Source: a bacterium (GTDB taxonomy: Bacteria; UBA8248; JACPRG01; G963555815). From it: DNA of 64,000 bases. Positions 10,741 to 22,253 of this stretch are shown here, one piece after another. The DNA lies in contig CBDHDG010000006.1 in assembly GCA_965261595.1 (NCBI GenBank), positions 1,568,001-1,632,000 on the forward strand, written 5' to 3'. Under the pieces are notes generated by a model that saw nothing but the letters and a program-made list of their open reading frames with translations, had not been told where the DNA came from and did no database searches. The translations under genes and the position numbers were made by a program. Every line of letters begins with the position of its first letter. Position 1 is the first letter of the stretch.

Positions 10741-10946
10741 GGCCAGGCTCTCATCAGGTCACGATGTCGGTCGAGGTCGGAACCTCAACCGGTTGCCCCT
10801 GGGTGGCCGACAAGTCAAGGGAACGACACCACGGTCAATCAGAGTGTGGGTCAAGCCACCCTGGGGCGGCCGGCCCTACAAGCCTAAATGCGTTACTCGC
10901 GGTACGGGTCAGACCACCTCAGGTAACCGGCCCTCACATACTCACT

Positions 10947-11872
10947 GTCGGAGTGATGTACGACCCCGTCGGGGCGGCGCTGTCCCAACGCCATGTTCAG
11001 CGCCCCGAGCACCAGTTCGGTGCGAAGATGATGGGCCATCGACCATCCCACCACCCGGCGGATGAACACGTCGAGCACGATGGCCAGGTACACGAACCCC
11101 GCCCAGGTCGGCACGTAGGTGATGTCGGCCACCCAGATTCGGTCCGGCCCATCGGCCTGGAACTGGCGTTCGACCCGGTCCGGGACCACACAATGGCTCT
11201 GGTCCACGCGCGTAGTGCGCATGCCTCGGCGTCGGCTCACCCCGGCCAAGCCCGCCTCGCGCATCAGACGAGCCACCCGATTGCGGCTCACCCGGCAGCC
11301 GCCGGCCATCAGCTCGGCATGAACCCGAGGCGCCCCGTAGGTGCCACCAGATGCCTCGTGGATGGCCCGTATCGTGCCCCCCAACACCTCGTCGCGCTTC
11401 GCACGAGGAGAACGCCCACGGCCTCGCCACGCGTAGTACCCGCTGGGGGAGACGCCCAGCACCCGGCACATCGTGGCCACCCGATGATGGGCCTGATTCG
11501 CCTTCACGAGCTCGAGGACTTCGCCCGGACCGAGCCGGTCTCCCGAGCGAACCAAACCGTAGCTTTTGCCAGTATCTCGCGTTCTTCGCGAAGCTGACGA
11601 TTGTCCCGACGAAGCCGCCGTAGCTCCTCGAGCTCTGAGCTTGTCAGACCGTCCTCACGACGGCCCTCGTCGCGGTCGGCCTGGCGGACCCAGTTGCGAA
11701 TCGCCGAAGCGGAACACTCGAACTCCCGCGCCAGCTCCCCGGGCGTACGGCCCGAGCGAACCAGCTCAACCATCTGGCGCCGGTATTCCGGCGCGTAGGG
11801 TGAATGAGTTTTCGGCATCTGAACACCTCCTCCGCACAGTCTCAAGGTGTCCACAAAAACGGGTCAACTCCA
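10947..11872 (-). mobile_element. IS3-family element, truncated (orfA 11818-11504; orfB cut after HHSD)
   Basis: Left end TGGAGTTGACCCGTTTTTGTGGACAC; orfB motifs TYGAPRV, WVADITY and VVHHSD. Confidence 0.88.
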
Positions 11873-13537
11873 TCACCAGGCCCCCGGGAATGCGCGCCAT
11901 CTTCTTGTAGGCGCTGTAGCGGTCGCAGACGATGACCGTATGGAGGCCGGCCGTTCCGAACAGCTTCCTCGCGACCTCCGCACCGCGCGAGGGGTCAACG
12001 TGGAAGTAGACCGCGTCCTCGCTGACCGAGGTCCACAGCCAAGCCCGGCTTGAGCGGCTCTCCTCGCGAAGCGACTGCACGCGCCAGGTAGTCTCATCAC
12101 CATGGCGCACCGCCGCCTCGTTCTGGCGGGCGAGGATCGCGGCAGCCACCGGCTCGAACAGCGGCGCGATACGGCGCGCGCTGTCGCCCAGCGTCCCCGG
12201 CGAGATAGGAAGCCCCTGGCCGGACAGCCACGAGGCGACCCGGCGCAGGGGACGCCGACACTTCGGTGGGTGAGGACGCGCAGTCGCACCTCCGGCGCCA
12301 TCGCGGACGGCGGATGACGCGTTTGTGAGCCGAGACTTCGATCTCGACGATGGTGGAGACCTCGGCGCCGTTGGCCACGTAGGGCTTCCCGCATCGGCCA
12401 CAGACGCATGCCTCGGCCGGCGGATTGCGCTCTTCCGTCCTCTCCTCGAGCGCGGGCCGCAGGGTGCGGCCATGCCCGGCGGCTCCGGGCTGCCGGCCGC
12501 GCCGGCGCTCAGAGCGCGGCCTCTCCTGCTGTTCGCTCCTGCGCCCGAACAGCGCCTTCGACAGCACCGCCCCGCTCGCACGAAGCTTCGCAAGCTGCGC
12601 TTCCAGCGTCTCGTTCCGGCTCTGCGATGCATTCACGGCTTTGCACAGCCGGGCGTTCTCCCTGGATAGGGACCTGAGCGCCGTCTTCTGGCGGCGCGAC
12701 CTCCCCAGGGCCTTGCGCAGTTCAGCGTCCTCACGCGACGGCGACCTCGACCGCGCCGCCTCGCTCGCGCGCAAAAGCCGGGCCTTCAGCCGCTCCTTCG
12801 CGGCCCCGGCGACTTCCAGGGCGACCCCCAGACGGTAGACCTCCCCGGACAACGACTTGACCGCCTCCGCCTGGTCGCGCAATCGCCCCAACTCCGCATG
12901 GAGCCCAATGACCTCGCGGCCCTGCCACCTGATGGTCTCCTTGTCGGTGTCCGACGCCTGCGCCTCCCGGGCCAGCCGGTCCTCCAGCCGGGCGACTTCC
13001 CTGGTCAGCCGGACCGCCTCCTTGCGCAGCCGGGCGGCCTCCCCCGACGGCGACGCGCCCGAGCGGCCCCCGGCCGACTTGACCCTGGCTTCCGACAGGA
13101 GCTTCTCCAGACGCGCCACTTCCGCCTTCAACGATAGGGCGTCTCTCGCCGCGCGGCGGACTTCCTTCGTCTCCTCGACGGCCGCTTCCAGCTTCCTCCG
13201 GCAGGTGTCGAGCTGCCACTTCAGCGAACCCGCCCGGCCGCGGGAATCCACCTCCGCCCACCGCAACTCCTTGCAGCGCGCCTCCGCCCGCGCCCGCACG
13301 CGCTTGAACAGCGAACGCCAGTCCGGCGCCCTGCATGAGGACGTCTTGGGGGGAAGAGGCCATCGGACATCTGGCCTCTCGACCAACGAAAGTTCCGCTT
13401 GAGCAACTTCTGCGCGAATCGTCATGTCGACATGAATACCACATGCCGAATCGCGTTACCAGTGTCTTGGGAAGATTCCATCCAATGTAGACGATGCTTC
13501 CAACGCTGTGCCCATCACGGCCCGGCCGAACGGTTAC
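11873..13537 (-). mobile_element. IS66-family (single-ORF type) remnant, internally deleted and truncated by the IS3
   Basis: Left end GTAACCGTTCGG; coiled coil; LFGRRSE; GRQPGAAGHGR; CGRCG; HGDETTWRV; VCDRYSAYK. Confidence 0.8.
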
Positions 13538-13699
13538 CAACAGGGACTCGCCGAGATGCGCAGGAGTTTTAACGAATCCGCTTTCATTTTGATTACGGAC
13601 TGCAGAAGGCAGGTTTCGAATGAGATTGGAAATTATGTATATTCTCAATAATATCAATAGTATAATAGGATCTCACGGCTGGAAAGAACGGCTTTACGG

Positions 13700-14112
13700 A
13701 TGAATCAAGATGCAAAACGTCGTGAAGAAGGTCCGAAAGCGCAACCAGGAGGCGGTGGTCTCGGGCGCACAAAGGATCTACGAGGCCCACAGCCGCCGGG
13801 CGGCCATCGCCGCCTTTTGGCGATGGGCCAAGCAGTGGCGAGGGCGGGAGCCCAAGGCGGTGGCGTGCATCGAGAGCGACCTCGAGACGTTGTTGGCCCA
13901 CTTCCAAGAGCCCCCCGCCCTTCGGGTCACCCTGCGCACGATAAACCCCATTGAGCGGGTCTTTCGGGAGGTGAGACGAAGAACCAGACCCATGACCGTC
14001 ATGAACAACAACGAGTCCCTGGAACGCGTCGCCTACAGCGTGTTCCACCGCATTAACACCTAGTGGGAGACAAACCCTCTCTGCACTTCTACACAAAACT
14101 CGTGACATTACC
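13700..14112 (+). mobile_element. IS256-family transposase C-terminal fragment with right end
   Basis: LRTINPIERVFREVRRRTR; end TACACAAAACTCGTGACATTACC. Confidence 0.75.
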
Positions 14113-14148
14113 TCAATCGGCGATCCGGCGGATTGCGGGAGCCCCCCC

Positions 14149-15569
14149 TCATACCGGCGCCCGCCGGCTGATCCAGTTTGTGACCTCCAGGTCCTTCAGG
14201 AAGATTTCGCCCTCGCCCTGGGGGGCGGTTCGCTCAAGCCGCTCGCGCTCTTCCAGCCGAAAGGTCGACGGGCGGCAGGCGTCGATGCCGATCTTGCCCC
14301 CGACCCGCTGCCAGCGGGCCCCCGGGGGCGCGACCTGGGGCAGGGCGACATCCATCGGGTGGTTTCGGGTCCCCCGGATGGGGTGGACGTCGGTGTCCGG
14401 GTTGAAGCGCGTCCCGATGGCCCACAGAATCTCTTCCGGCTTGTGGATGTCCACGTCCTCGTCGACGGCGATGGCCACCTTGGGAGGGAGGTACGCGCTG
14501 CTGAGCGCCCCCATCAGGACGTTGACCACCTGCCCCTCATAATGCGGGGTCATCCGGATCAGGATCACGAACTGGCCGCCGTACGGAGCGCAGTGGACAT
14601 CGTGGACGTCCGAGAATCCCTCCACCTCGCGCAGGCGCTCATAGAGATGGGCCTCCATCGGAAGGCCGTTGAGGGACTGGTGCTCGACGAAGTTGGTGGA
14701 CTGGCAGTGGCGGTAGATGGGATCGCTACGCAGGGTGATGGCCGAAACCTCGAAGACCGGGTTGTCCCCGGTCCCGGAAGCGTAGGAGCATTGGAACTCC
14801 CCGAACGGCCCCTCGGCCTTCCTCACACCGGACAGAAGCTTGCCTTCGATGACGATTTCCGCGCGGGCCGGGGCCACGAGGTCCACCGTCTCGCACCGGA
14901 CCATGGGGACGGGGGATTCCAGCAACGCCCCGCCAGCTCGAACTCGTCCACGCCGTAGGGGACGGTCCAGTTCGTGGCCACGTCCAGCAGCGGATGATGG
15001 CCGATGGGGACCGCCATGGGCATGTCCTCTCCGGCCGCCTCGTACTGCTCGAAATGCCGGTAGGTGTGGCGCGGGACGAGGAGCATCCCCGTGTGATTCC
15101 TGTCCTGAACCTCCATCCGCAGCATGGCCAGGTTCCCGATCCCCGTCTCCAGATCCCGGGTGTAGTTCATCCCGGCGCCGATGGTGATGTTCCCGTCCTT
15201 CCTAGAGTGTTTGACGATGGGGAGACGGTTGAGATCGACGTCGTCTCCTGTCAGGATCACCTCTTTGCACGGCCCGTCGTCAACGATTTCGAAGGGGACA
15301 AGCCCCTTGCGATAGCGCCGGACCAGCTCCGGCACGACGTCCTCCGGCTCGCAGCCCAGGGCGAGGGCCTGGGTCGTCCGCTTTGTCAGGAGCTCGCCGC
15401 AGACCCGCCAGTCTTCAAAGCCCCTGACATTCTCGAAGAGGATGGGCCGATCCGTCTGGTCGAAAAGGGTCCCCATCTCGGCGGCGGGATCAACGGGCGA
15501 GTGGACGACCCGCAACAGGTCGTTGGCCTCCAATTCGTCCAGGAATGTCCTGAGGTCTTTCTCCGGCAT
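14149..15569 (-). pseudogene. UbiD-family (prFMN-dependent) decarboxylase with a single frameshift near 14928
   Basis: DLRTFLDELE, ILFENVRG, DLNRLP, EGPFGEF, VDEDVD and GKIGIDA. One G is missing in a G run (ELAG-ALLESP), which could be a sequencing error. Confidence 0.85.
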
Positions 15570-15886
15570 GGCTCTGTCCCCTTCCGGTTAAACCACCATA
15601 CGGTTCGAGATCGTCGGATAATGAATCGACCCCTCATCGGGAAAACTGCAACAAGAATGAGCCTTTCGGGATTTCAACTACTATACGCATAGCTCACCTG
15701 GAGACAAAATGGAGGGTGTCTTGCCGATCCCAGCCGGAAATGATGGGCGTTCCGCTCAGGGCGTTGAATCTGGATCGGCGTTCTGAGAAGGTCCGATCTC
15801 TTTATCCTGTTCGATCGTCTGCAAATGGCCCTTCGAGGCCGGGACTGAGCGAAGAACCACCCCCTGGCGTCTTAACGGATCCCCCT

Positions 15887-17513
15887 TTGAATACCGCAAC
15901 CCGAGTCGTTCTCCTGGGTATCGATGGAGGAACCTTCTCCCTTCTCGAGCCCTGGATGAACGATGGAACCCTTCCGAATTTCGCCAAAGTGCGTGCGGAG
16001 GGGGCCATCGGGGCTCTGGCCTCGACCGTCCCCCCCACGACCCCGACGGCCTGGACAACGTGTTTCACGGGAGTCAATCCCGGTAAGCACGGCATCTACG
16101 ATTTTCGGGAAATCCCCCCTGCTCCACCCGGAACGGCCACTCATCACGCTCGCTTCCGTCAAGTCGCCCCGTCTTTGGCACAGGCTCAACAAGGTCGGGA
16201 AGAAAACCGCCATCCTGAACATACCCATCACTTATCCGCCCGAGCCGCTCGACGGATGCATGATCTCGGGCATGCTGACGCCCGGGCCCGAGGCTGAATT
16301 CGCATACCCATCCAGCCTCAAGCCGGAGCTCTTCGCGGCTATCGGGGACTATGTGCCCGACATCGACCTGCCGAAATACGAAGCGGAAAGCCATCAGGAC
16401 GCGCTGAGCTTCATGAATGTGGTTTCTCACGCCTTCCTCCAGCGCGAGAAAGCATTCTTCTACCTGATGGACCACAAACCCTGGGACTTTTTCATGGGCG
16501 TCTTCATCCTCGCGGACCGGCTCCAGCACTTTTTCTGGAAATATATGGACCCCGATTGCGGCCTCTACGGGAGCGCCATGGCCAACCGGCTCCGGGGAAA
16601 CATCACCGATTGTTACCGCCTCATGGACGATTTCCTGGGGCGTCTCCTCGACCGCCTGACCCCGGACACCCTGTTGCTTATCATGTCGGACCACGGCTTC
16701 GGGCCCACCGACGCCTGGTTCAACGTGAGCGCCTGGCTGGAGGCGCAGGGCCTCCTGCGCATGCGCAAAGAGGTCGCCTCCCGCAAGAAGCTGCTCTACA
16801 AGCTGGTTTCCCTGAACGATGTAAAATGGGTCCGCTCACTCGTCCCCGGCTTCATCCAGAGCCGGATGAGAAAACGGGCGCGGCGGGGCCGCTCGGCCTT
16901 TGTAACCGACCTTCACGAGACCCTGGACTAGGACCGGACGCGGGCCTTCTTTCCGAGCATCCCGTCCCAGGGGATCTATATCAACGTCCGGCGCGAGGGA
17001 TTCGGGGTCGTGCCGCCCGGCGATGCGTACGAGGCCCTTCGCCGGGAAATCAAGGGGCGCCTGGAGGACCTTCGGGATGAGAAAACCGGAGAGCGTCTGG
17101 TGGATTGGGTCAAGTTCCGCGAGGAGGGGCCGGGAGAGGGCGGCGGCGAATCCTCGTGGTTCCGTGAGCTTCGTCCGGACGAGCGCGAGGGCGCGAGGGG
17201 CCGGGGGATGAACGGGACGCACCGTCCCGAGGGGTTCTTCGTTTTTTCCGGCCCCGGCGTGCGGCCGGACCGATATGAGCCCGGGGCGGACCTCGCCGAT
17301 TTCGCCCCGACGCTGATGGCGCACCTGGGCGAGCGGCCGGCCACTCCGATGGAAGGCCGGGTTCTGAGCGCCCTGCTCGACGCGCCGGGACCTTCATCGG
17401 ACCCGCCCCCGGTTCGCAACGCGGATCTCACATCCGTTACAATGGGCGCGGGCGGGCCCGATTGGGAATCGGAAACTGCCAAGCGCCTCAGAGACCTGGG
17501 ATACCTGGAGTGA
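15887..17513 (+). pseudogene. AlkP-superfamily (nucleotide pyrophosphatase/phosphodiesterase-like) protein, disrupted
   Basis: LLGIDG, STVPPTTPTAW, GKHGIYDF, DRLQH, MSDHGF and GTHRPEG. Frameshift near 16110, TAG at 16929, apparent deletion near 17130. C-terminus KRLRDLGYLE. Confidence 0.85.
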
Positions 17514-17521
17514 TCCACCGG

Positions 17522-18840
17522 ATGAGCGGGACGGCTTTATTGCCTCAAGGGTTTTCCGCAAACGGGCATGGCCGCCCTCCCGAAGTCGGACGGGCGGAAA
17601 ATCCTCGGCGGATCGTCATGGCCGCGGCCTGCCCTTTTCCCGGCGTACAGGGCTCACAGGTCCTGATTCAGGAGTTGATCACCGGCCTGGCCGCCCCCGG
17701 GGCCACCGGATAGACCTGGTCACTTACCCGTTCGGGATGGACGCTCAATGGCGCTGTCCGCGGGGATGCCGAATTCATCGGGTGAACACCCGGCTCAGGC
17801 ACCCGGCTCACCATCCCGGCTTTCACCCCGTCAAACCGCTCCTCGACGCGGCCCTGGCCCGCCTTTTGAAAGAGGTGGTCCGCTGGCGGGAGGGGAGGGG
17901 GGGGGGACCGACCTGATCCACGCCCACAGTGTCGAAGGGCTGATGGCCGCCCTGTGGGTGCGCCGGCAGACCCACACGCCCGTTCTCTATCACAGCCACA
18001 CCCTTCTCGGTGAAGAGCTGCCAACCTATTACCGGCCCGGTCCGGTCCGCTTTCTGTCGAAATAGGCGGGACTTGCGGCGGACCGCCTGCTGCCCCCCCG
18101 GGCGGATCACTGCATCGCCTTGAGCCCGAGGGCGGCCCGGACCTTTCAGAAGATGGGTGTGCGGGGCGATCGGATCTCCTGTCTTCCCCCGTTCGTGTTC
18201 CCCCCTCTCCCCCTCCCCCCCCCCGGATGCCAGGCCTTTCGGCGGCGGAAGCGGGCCGGGCGCTCCCTATATCCTGTACGCCGGGAACCTCCATCCCTAT
18301 CAGGATCTGGACCTGCTCCTTCGGAGCTTCCGGATCGTTGCCGCCGCGGAGCGGGAGACCCATCTACTGATTGTTACGCACAACGACCCGTCCCGGTGGG
18401 AGAAGCGCATGGGGAGACTGGGCCTCGGGGGGCGGGTGACCTTCCTGACCGGCCGATCTTTTGAACAGGAATGGGAATGGATGTCGGACGCCGCCGTCCT
18501 GGCGCTGCCGAGACTGCGCTGCCCGGGCTATCCGATGAAGCTGCTGAATTATCTCGCGGCGGCCCGGCCCATCGTGGCGAGCGCGGATTCTGCGCGGGGT
18601 CTGACGCACGGGCGGGACGCCTACGTGGTCACCGCACCCGGGCCGGAGGCTTTCGCCGGGGGACTGTTGAGGGTGTTGCGCTCCCGCCCGCTCGCCCTCC
18701 GTCTCGCGGAGGGCGCGGGGAGGACATCGAAAGAAAGCCTCAGCCCCCGGAACCTGCTCGGGGGTATCGAAAGGGTTTACGAACGGGTATCACCTCCATC
18801 CAGGATTTGGATTTCCAGAATGGCCGCCACGGCCGTCTGA
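17522..18840 (+). pseudogene. glycosyltransferase family 4, several frameshifts and stops
   Basis: ACPFP...GSQV, DLIHAH, LYAGNLHPYQDLDLL and GYPMKLLNYLAAARPIVAS fall in different frames. Confidence 0.8.
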
Positions 18841-18877
18841 CGTATCCGGCAGTCCTCATCATCAAGGAATTTCGCGC

Positions 18878-20305
18878 ATGACGAAAGTGATTCTCATCGG
18901 GCTCGATTGCGCCGAGCCGAGCTTGGTCTTCGACCAGTGGAGGCATGAGCTGCCCAACTTCAGGAGGCTGATGGCCTCGGGGGTTTACGGGCGGCTTCGG
19001 AGCTGCGACCCGCCCATCACCGTGCCCGCCTGGACCTGCATGATGACGAGCCGGGACCCGGGCGAGCTGGGGATTTACGGCTTCCGGAACCGGAAATCCC
19101 ATGAATACGGAGCGATGGGCATCGCTTCTTCCCTGAGCGTTCGGGAAGACCGGGTCTGGGACATCCTGGGCCGGGACGGACGGGAGGTGGTGGTGGTCGG
19201 GGTTCCGCCCACTTATCCGGTGCGGCCGGTCAACGGCAATCTGATCTCGTGCTTTCTGACCCCCGGCCTCGACAGCGTTCACACCCATCCACCCGAGCTC
19301 CAGTCGGAAATCCGGGACCTCGTGGGGGATTACCTGTTTGACGTGGAGGGATTCCGCACAGACGACAAACCGGAGTTGTTGAACCGGATCTACGACATGA
19401 CGCGGAAGCGGTTCCGGGTCCTCCGGCATCTCATCCAAACCAAGCCTTGGGATTATTTCATGTTCGTGGAGATGGGCACGGACCGAATCCACCACGGGTT
19501 TTGGAAGCACCACGACCCGAGCCACGTCAAGCATGAGCGCGGCAGCCCGTATGGAGACGTGATCCGGGAATACTATCGCTACCTGGATGGGGAGATCGGC
19601 GACCTTCTGGCCCTCGCCGGAGACGACACGATCATCCTGGTCGTGTCCGATCACGGCGTCAAGAAGATGGACGGCGGCGTCTGCGTGAACGAGTGGCTGA
19701 TGAACGAGGGATTCCTGACGGTGAAAAATTACCCGACGGAGCTGACCTCGCCCGCTCAGTTGGAGTTCGACTGGGACAAGACGCTGGCCTGGGGAGAGGG
19801 GGGCTATTACGGGCGGATCTACCTGAACATCCGGGGACGGGAGCCGCGGGGAGTCATCGCCCCATACGACGCGCCCCGGGTCTGCGCCGAGTTGAAGGCG
19901 GGGCTGGAAGGGATGAAGGACGAGCACGGCCGTCCGCTGGGGACCCGGGTGCTCTTCCCCCGGGACATCTACCGTGAGGTCCGGGGCGCCGCGCCCGATC
20001 TCATCACGCATTTCGGGAACCTGGACTGGCGGTCGGTGGGCACGATGGGCCATGGAAAGGTTCTCACTCGGGAGAACGACACCGGCCCCGACGACGCCAA
20101 CCACGACATCCACGGGATCTTCATCATGTCCAGGAAAGCGGATTGGGAGAAAACCGGCGAGGAAGCCGCGCCGGGCGCGCCGCTCTCCGGCCTCACCCTC
20201 TACGACGTGGCCCCGACGCTCTTGAGTCTCTTCGGGCTTCCCGTCCCGGCGGAGATGCAGGGACGGGTGATCCCGGAGGCGGAGGTCCCGCCTTTTTTCG
20301 GGTGA
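18878..20305 (+). CDS. AlkP-superfamily (nucleotide pyrophosphatase/phosphodiesterase-like) protein
   Basis: IGLDCA, SCDPPITVPAW (Thr nucleophile), DRIHH, VSDHG and DANH; cytoplasmic, no signal peptide. Confidence 0.88.
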   Translation: MTKVILIGLDCAEPSLVFDQWRHELPNFRRLMASGVYGRLRSCDPPITVPAWTCMMTSRDPGELGIYGFRNRKSHEYGAMGIASSLSVREDRVWDILGRDGREVVVVGVPPTYPVRPVNGNLISCFLTPGLDSVHTHPPELQSEIRDLVGDYLFDVEGFRTDDKPELLNRIYDMTRKRFRVLRHLIQTKPWDYFMFVEMGTDRIHHGFWKHHDPSHVKHERGSPYGDVIREYYRYLDGEIGDLLALAGDDTIILVVSDHGVKKMDGGVCVNEWLMNEGFLTVKNYPTELTSPAQLEFDWDKTLAWGEGGYYGRIYLNIRGREPRGVIAPYDAPRVCAELKAGLEGMKDEHGRPLGTRVLFPRDIYREVRGAAPDLITHFGNLDWRSVGTMGHGKVLTRENDTGPDDANHDIHGIFIMSRKADWEKTGEEAAPGAPLSGLTLYDVAPTLLSLFGLPVPAEMQGRVIPEAEVPPFFG

Positions 20306-20334
20306 TTGCCCGCATGGGTGAAAGGGCGGGTGAG

Positions 20335-20943
20335 CTACTCGATATACCCCAGCTCGCCCAGCTTCGCCTTGATCCCCCGGGCTTCCTCTTCCGAATATAC
20401 GTAATCCCCCGGCTCCAGGAGGCCGAGCGCTTCCAGTTTCCGAAGGATTTTTCCCGCGCTCTCCTCGGGGGTCTCTTTGTCCGTCTCGACGACCAGCTCG
20501 GGGTTCAGGGGTTCTTCATAGGGATCGGAAACGCCGGTGAAGTTCTGGATCTCGCCCTTGAAGGCCTTGGCGTACATCCCCTTCACATCCCGCTCGGCGC
20601 ACGCCTCGACGGGGCACTTGACGTAGACCTCCACGAAATTGTCGATCCCCTCCCGGACCTGGTCGCGGATCTCCCGGTAGGGAGAGATGACCGCCGCTAT
20701 CGTCAGGACGCCGTTCCGGTTCAGGAGATGGTTCAGGAATCCGACCCGGAGGATGTGCGTATCGCGATCCTTTTTGGAAAAACCCATGTCGGCGCTCAGG
20801 TTTTTCCGCACCTCGTCGCCGTCGAAGATCTCGACATGGCGGTGATTCCGCGCATGAAGCGCGTCTTTCAGGATCAAGGATATCGTGCTCTTTCCCGAGC
20901 AGGGCAGACCCGTCATCCAGATGGTGAAGCTTGAAGAATCCAT
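20335..20943 (-). CDS. cysC: adenylyl-sulfate kinase with C-terminal LGY tail
   Basis: TGLPCSGKST, DGDEVR, ISPY, RDVKGMY and FTGVSDPYEEP. Confidence 0.95.
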   Translation of the reverse strand: MDSSSFTIWMTGLPCSGKSTISLILKDALHARNHRHVEIFDGDEVRKNLSADMGFSKKDRDTHILRVGFLNHLLNRNGVLTIAAVISPYREIRDQVREGIDNFVEVYVKCPVEACAERDVKGMYAKAFKGEIQNFTGVSDPYEEPLNPELVVETDKETPEESAGKILRKLEALGLLEPGDYVYSEEEARGIKAKLGELGYIE

Positions 20944-20991
20944 TCTCAACCTCTTGTGTTGTGACTTCTCTTTTTTCGCTCAGCGGACATT

Positions 20992-22152
20992 TTACTTTTC
21001 GCCGGTGTAGGCCTGAATCAGAATCCGGGCCACGTCGGCCCGCGTGAATTCCGGCGGAGGTATCTCCCCATTGCCCAGCATCTCCCGAACCTTGGTGCCG
21101 CTGAGGAACACGCGGCTCTCCGGGTCATGCGGGCACGTCTTCGTCGTCGCCATCCCCTCGCACTTCCGGCAATAGAAGGAGTGATCGAAAAAGAGCGGCG
21201 TAATCCCCAGGGCCGCCGGATCGAATTCCCGGAAGATGTGGTGGGCGTCGTAGGTGCCGTAATAGCTCCCCACACCGGCGTGATCCCGTCCCACGATGAA
21301 ATGGGTGCACCCGAAGTTCTTCCGGACGATGGCGTGGAAGATGGCCTCTTTCGGCCCCGCGTACCGCATGGCCGCGGGAAAGACGGAGAGAATCGCCCGC
21401 TCCTTCGGCAGATACCGGTCCACGATGACTTCATAGCACGCCATCCGGACATCGGCGGGGATGTCGCCCTCCTTGGTCGCGCCGACCAGCGGATGGATCA
21501 TCAAGCCGTCCACGCACTCCAAGGCGCATTTCATCAGGTACTCGTGCGCCCGGTGAATGGGGTTGCGGGTCTGGAAGGCGACGACCGTCTCCCATTCCCG
21601 CAACTGGAAGAGCAGACGCGTCTCCTTGGGCTCCAGATATCTTCGGCCCCACTCCGGCGGCGCGCTCCGGCGCAGCCATTTCACCGGTCCGCCCAGGAGG
21701 ACCTCCCCCCGGGCCCGAACGGCTTGCACCCCGGGATGGCCGTCATCCGCCGCGCGGAGGACTTCTTTCGCCTCCTTCTCGATGTCCGCCCGGAACCGCT
21801 CCCGGACCGCCATCACGCCCGCAACGGCCCCCGCCTCTTCGTCGAAGAGCGCGACCTCATCGCCGTCCGAGACCCGGCCGGCCGCGTCGGCATCCGCTCC
21901 CAAAACAACGGGCAGCGTCCAGGGGAGACCCGAGGCCAGGTGTCCCGTCTCGACGACCGTCTCGTAATCGGCCTTCCCCATGAAACCCCGGAGGGGGCTG
22001 TAAGCGCCCGTGGCGAGAAGCTCCAGGTCGGAGCGCTCCATCGGGGAGAGGGGGATTCGGACAAGCCCATCGGCCCGCTTCTCCAACTCCGGCGCTTCGG
22101 CCTCCGGCACAGTCAAATCGACCAGGGTTCCGCCATGTGGCTTGATCGGCAT
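20992..22152 (-). CDS. sat: sulfate adenylyltransferase
   Basis: PHGG, FQTRNPIHRAHE, MRYAGPKEA, IVGRDHAG and LSGTKVR. Confidence 0.96.
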   Translation of the reverse strand: MPIKPHGGTLVDLTVPEAEAPELEKRADGLVRIPLSPMERSDLELLATGAYSPLRGFMGKADYETVVETGHLASGLPWTLPVVLGADADAAGRVSDGDEVALFDEEAGAVAGVMAVRERFRADIEKEAKEVLRAADDGHPGVQAVRARGEVLLGGPVKWLRRSAPPEWGRRYLEPKETRLLFQLREWETVVAFQTRNPIHRAHEYLMKCALECVDGLMIHPLVGATKEGDIPADVRMACYEVIVDRYLPKERAILSVFPAAMRYAGPKEAIFHAIVRKNFGCTHFIVGRDHAGVGSYYGTYDAHHIFREFDPAALGITPLFFDHSFYCRKCEGMATTKTCPHDPESRVFLSGTKVREMLGNGEIPPPEFTRADVARILIQAYTGEK

Positions 22153-22253
22153 TGTCAGTTCCTCGCGCTTCCAATCAACGGACGGCCGAGAGGCCAGCCC
22201 TTCAAGTTGAGTGAGCTGATTGATCCGCGGTCATTTCTCAACCCCGCATTCCC

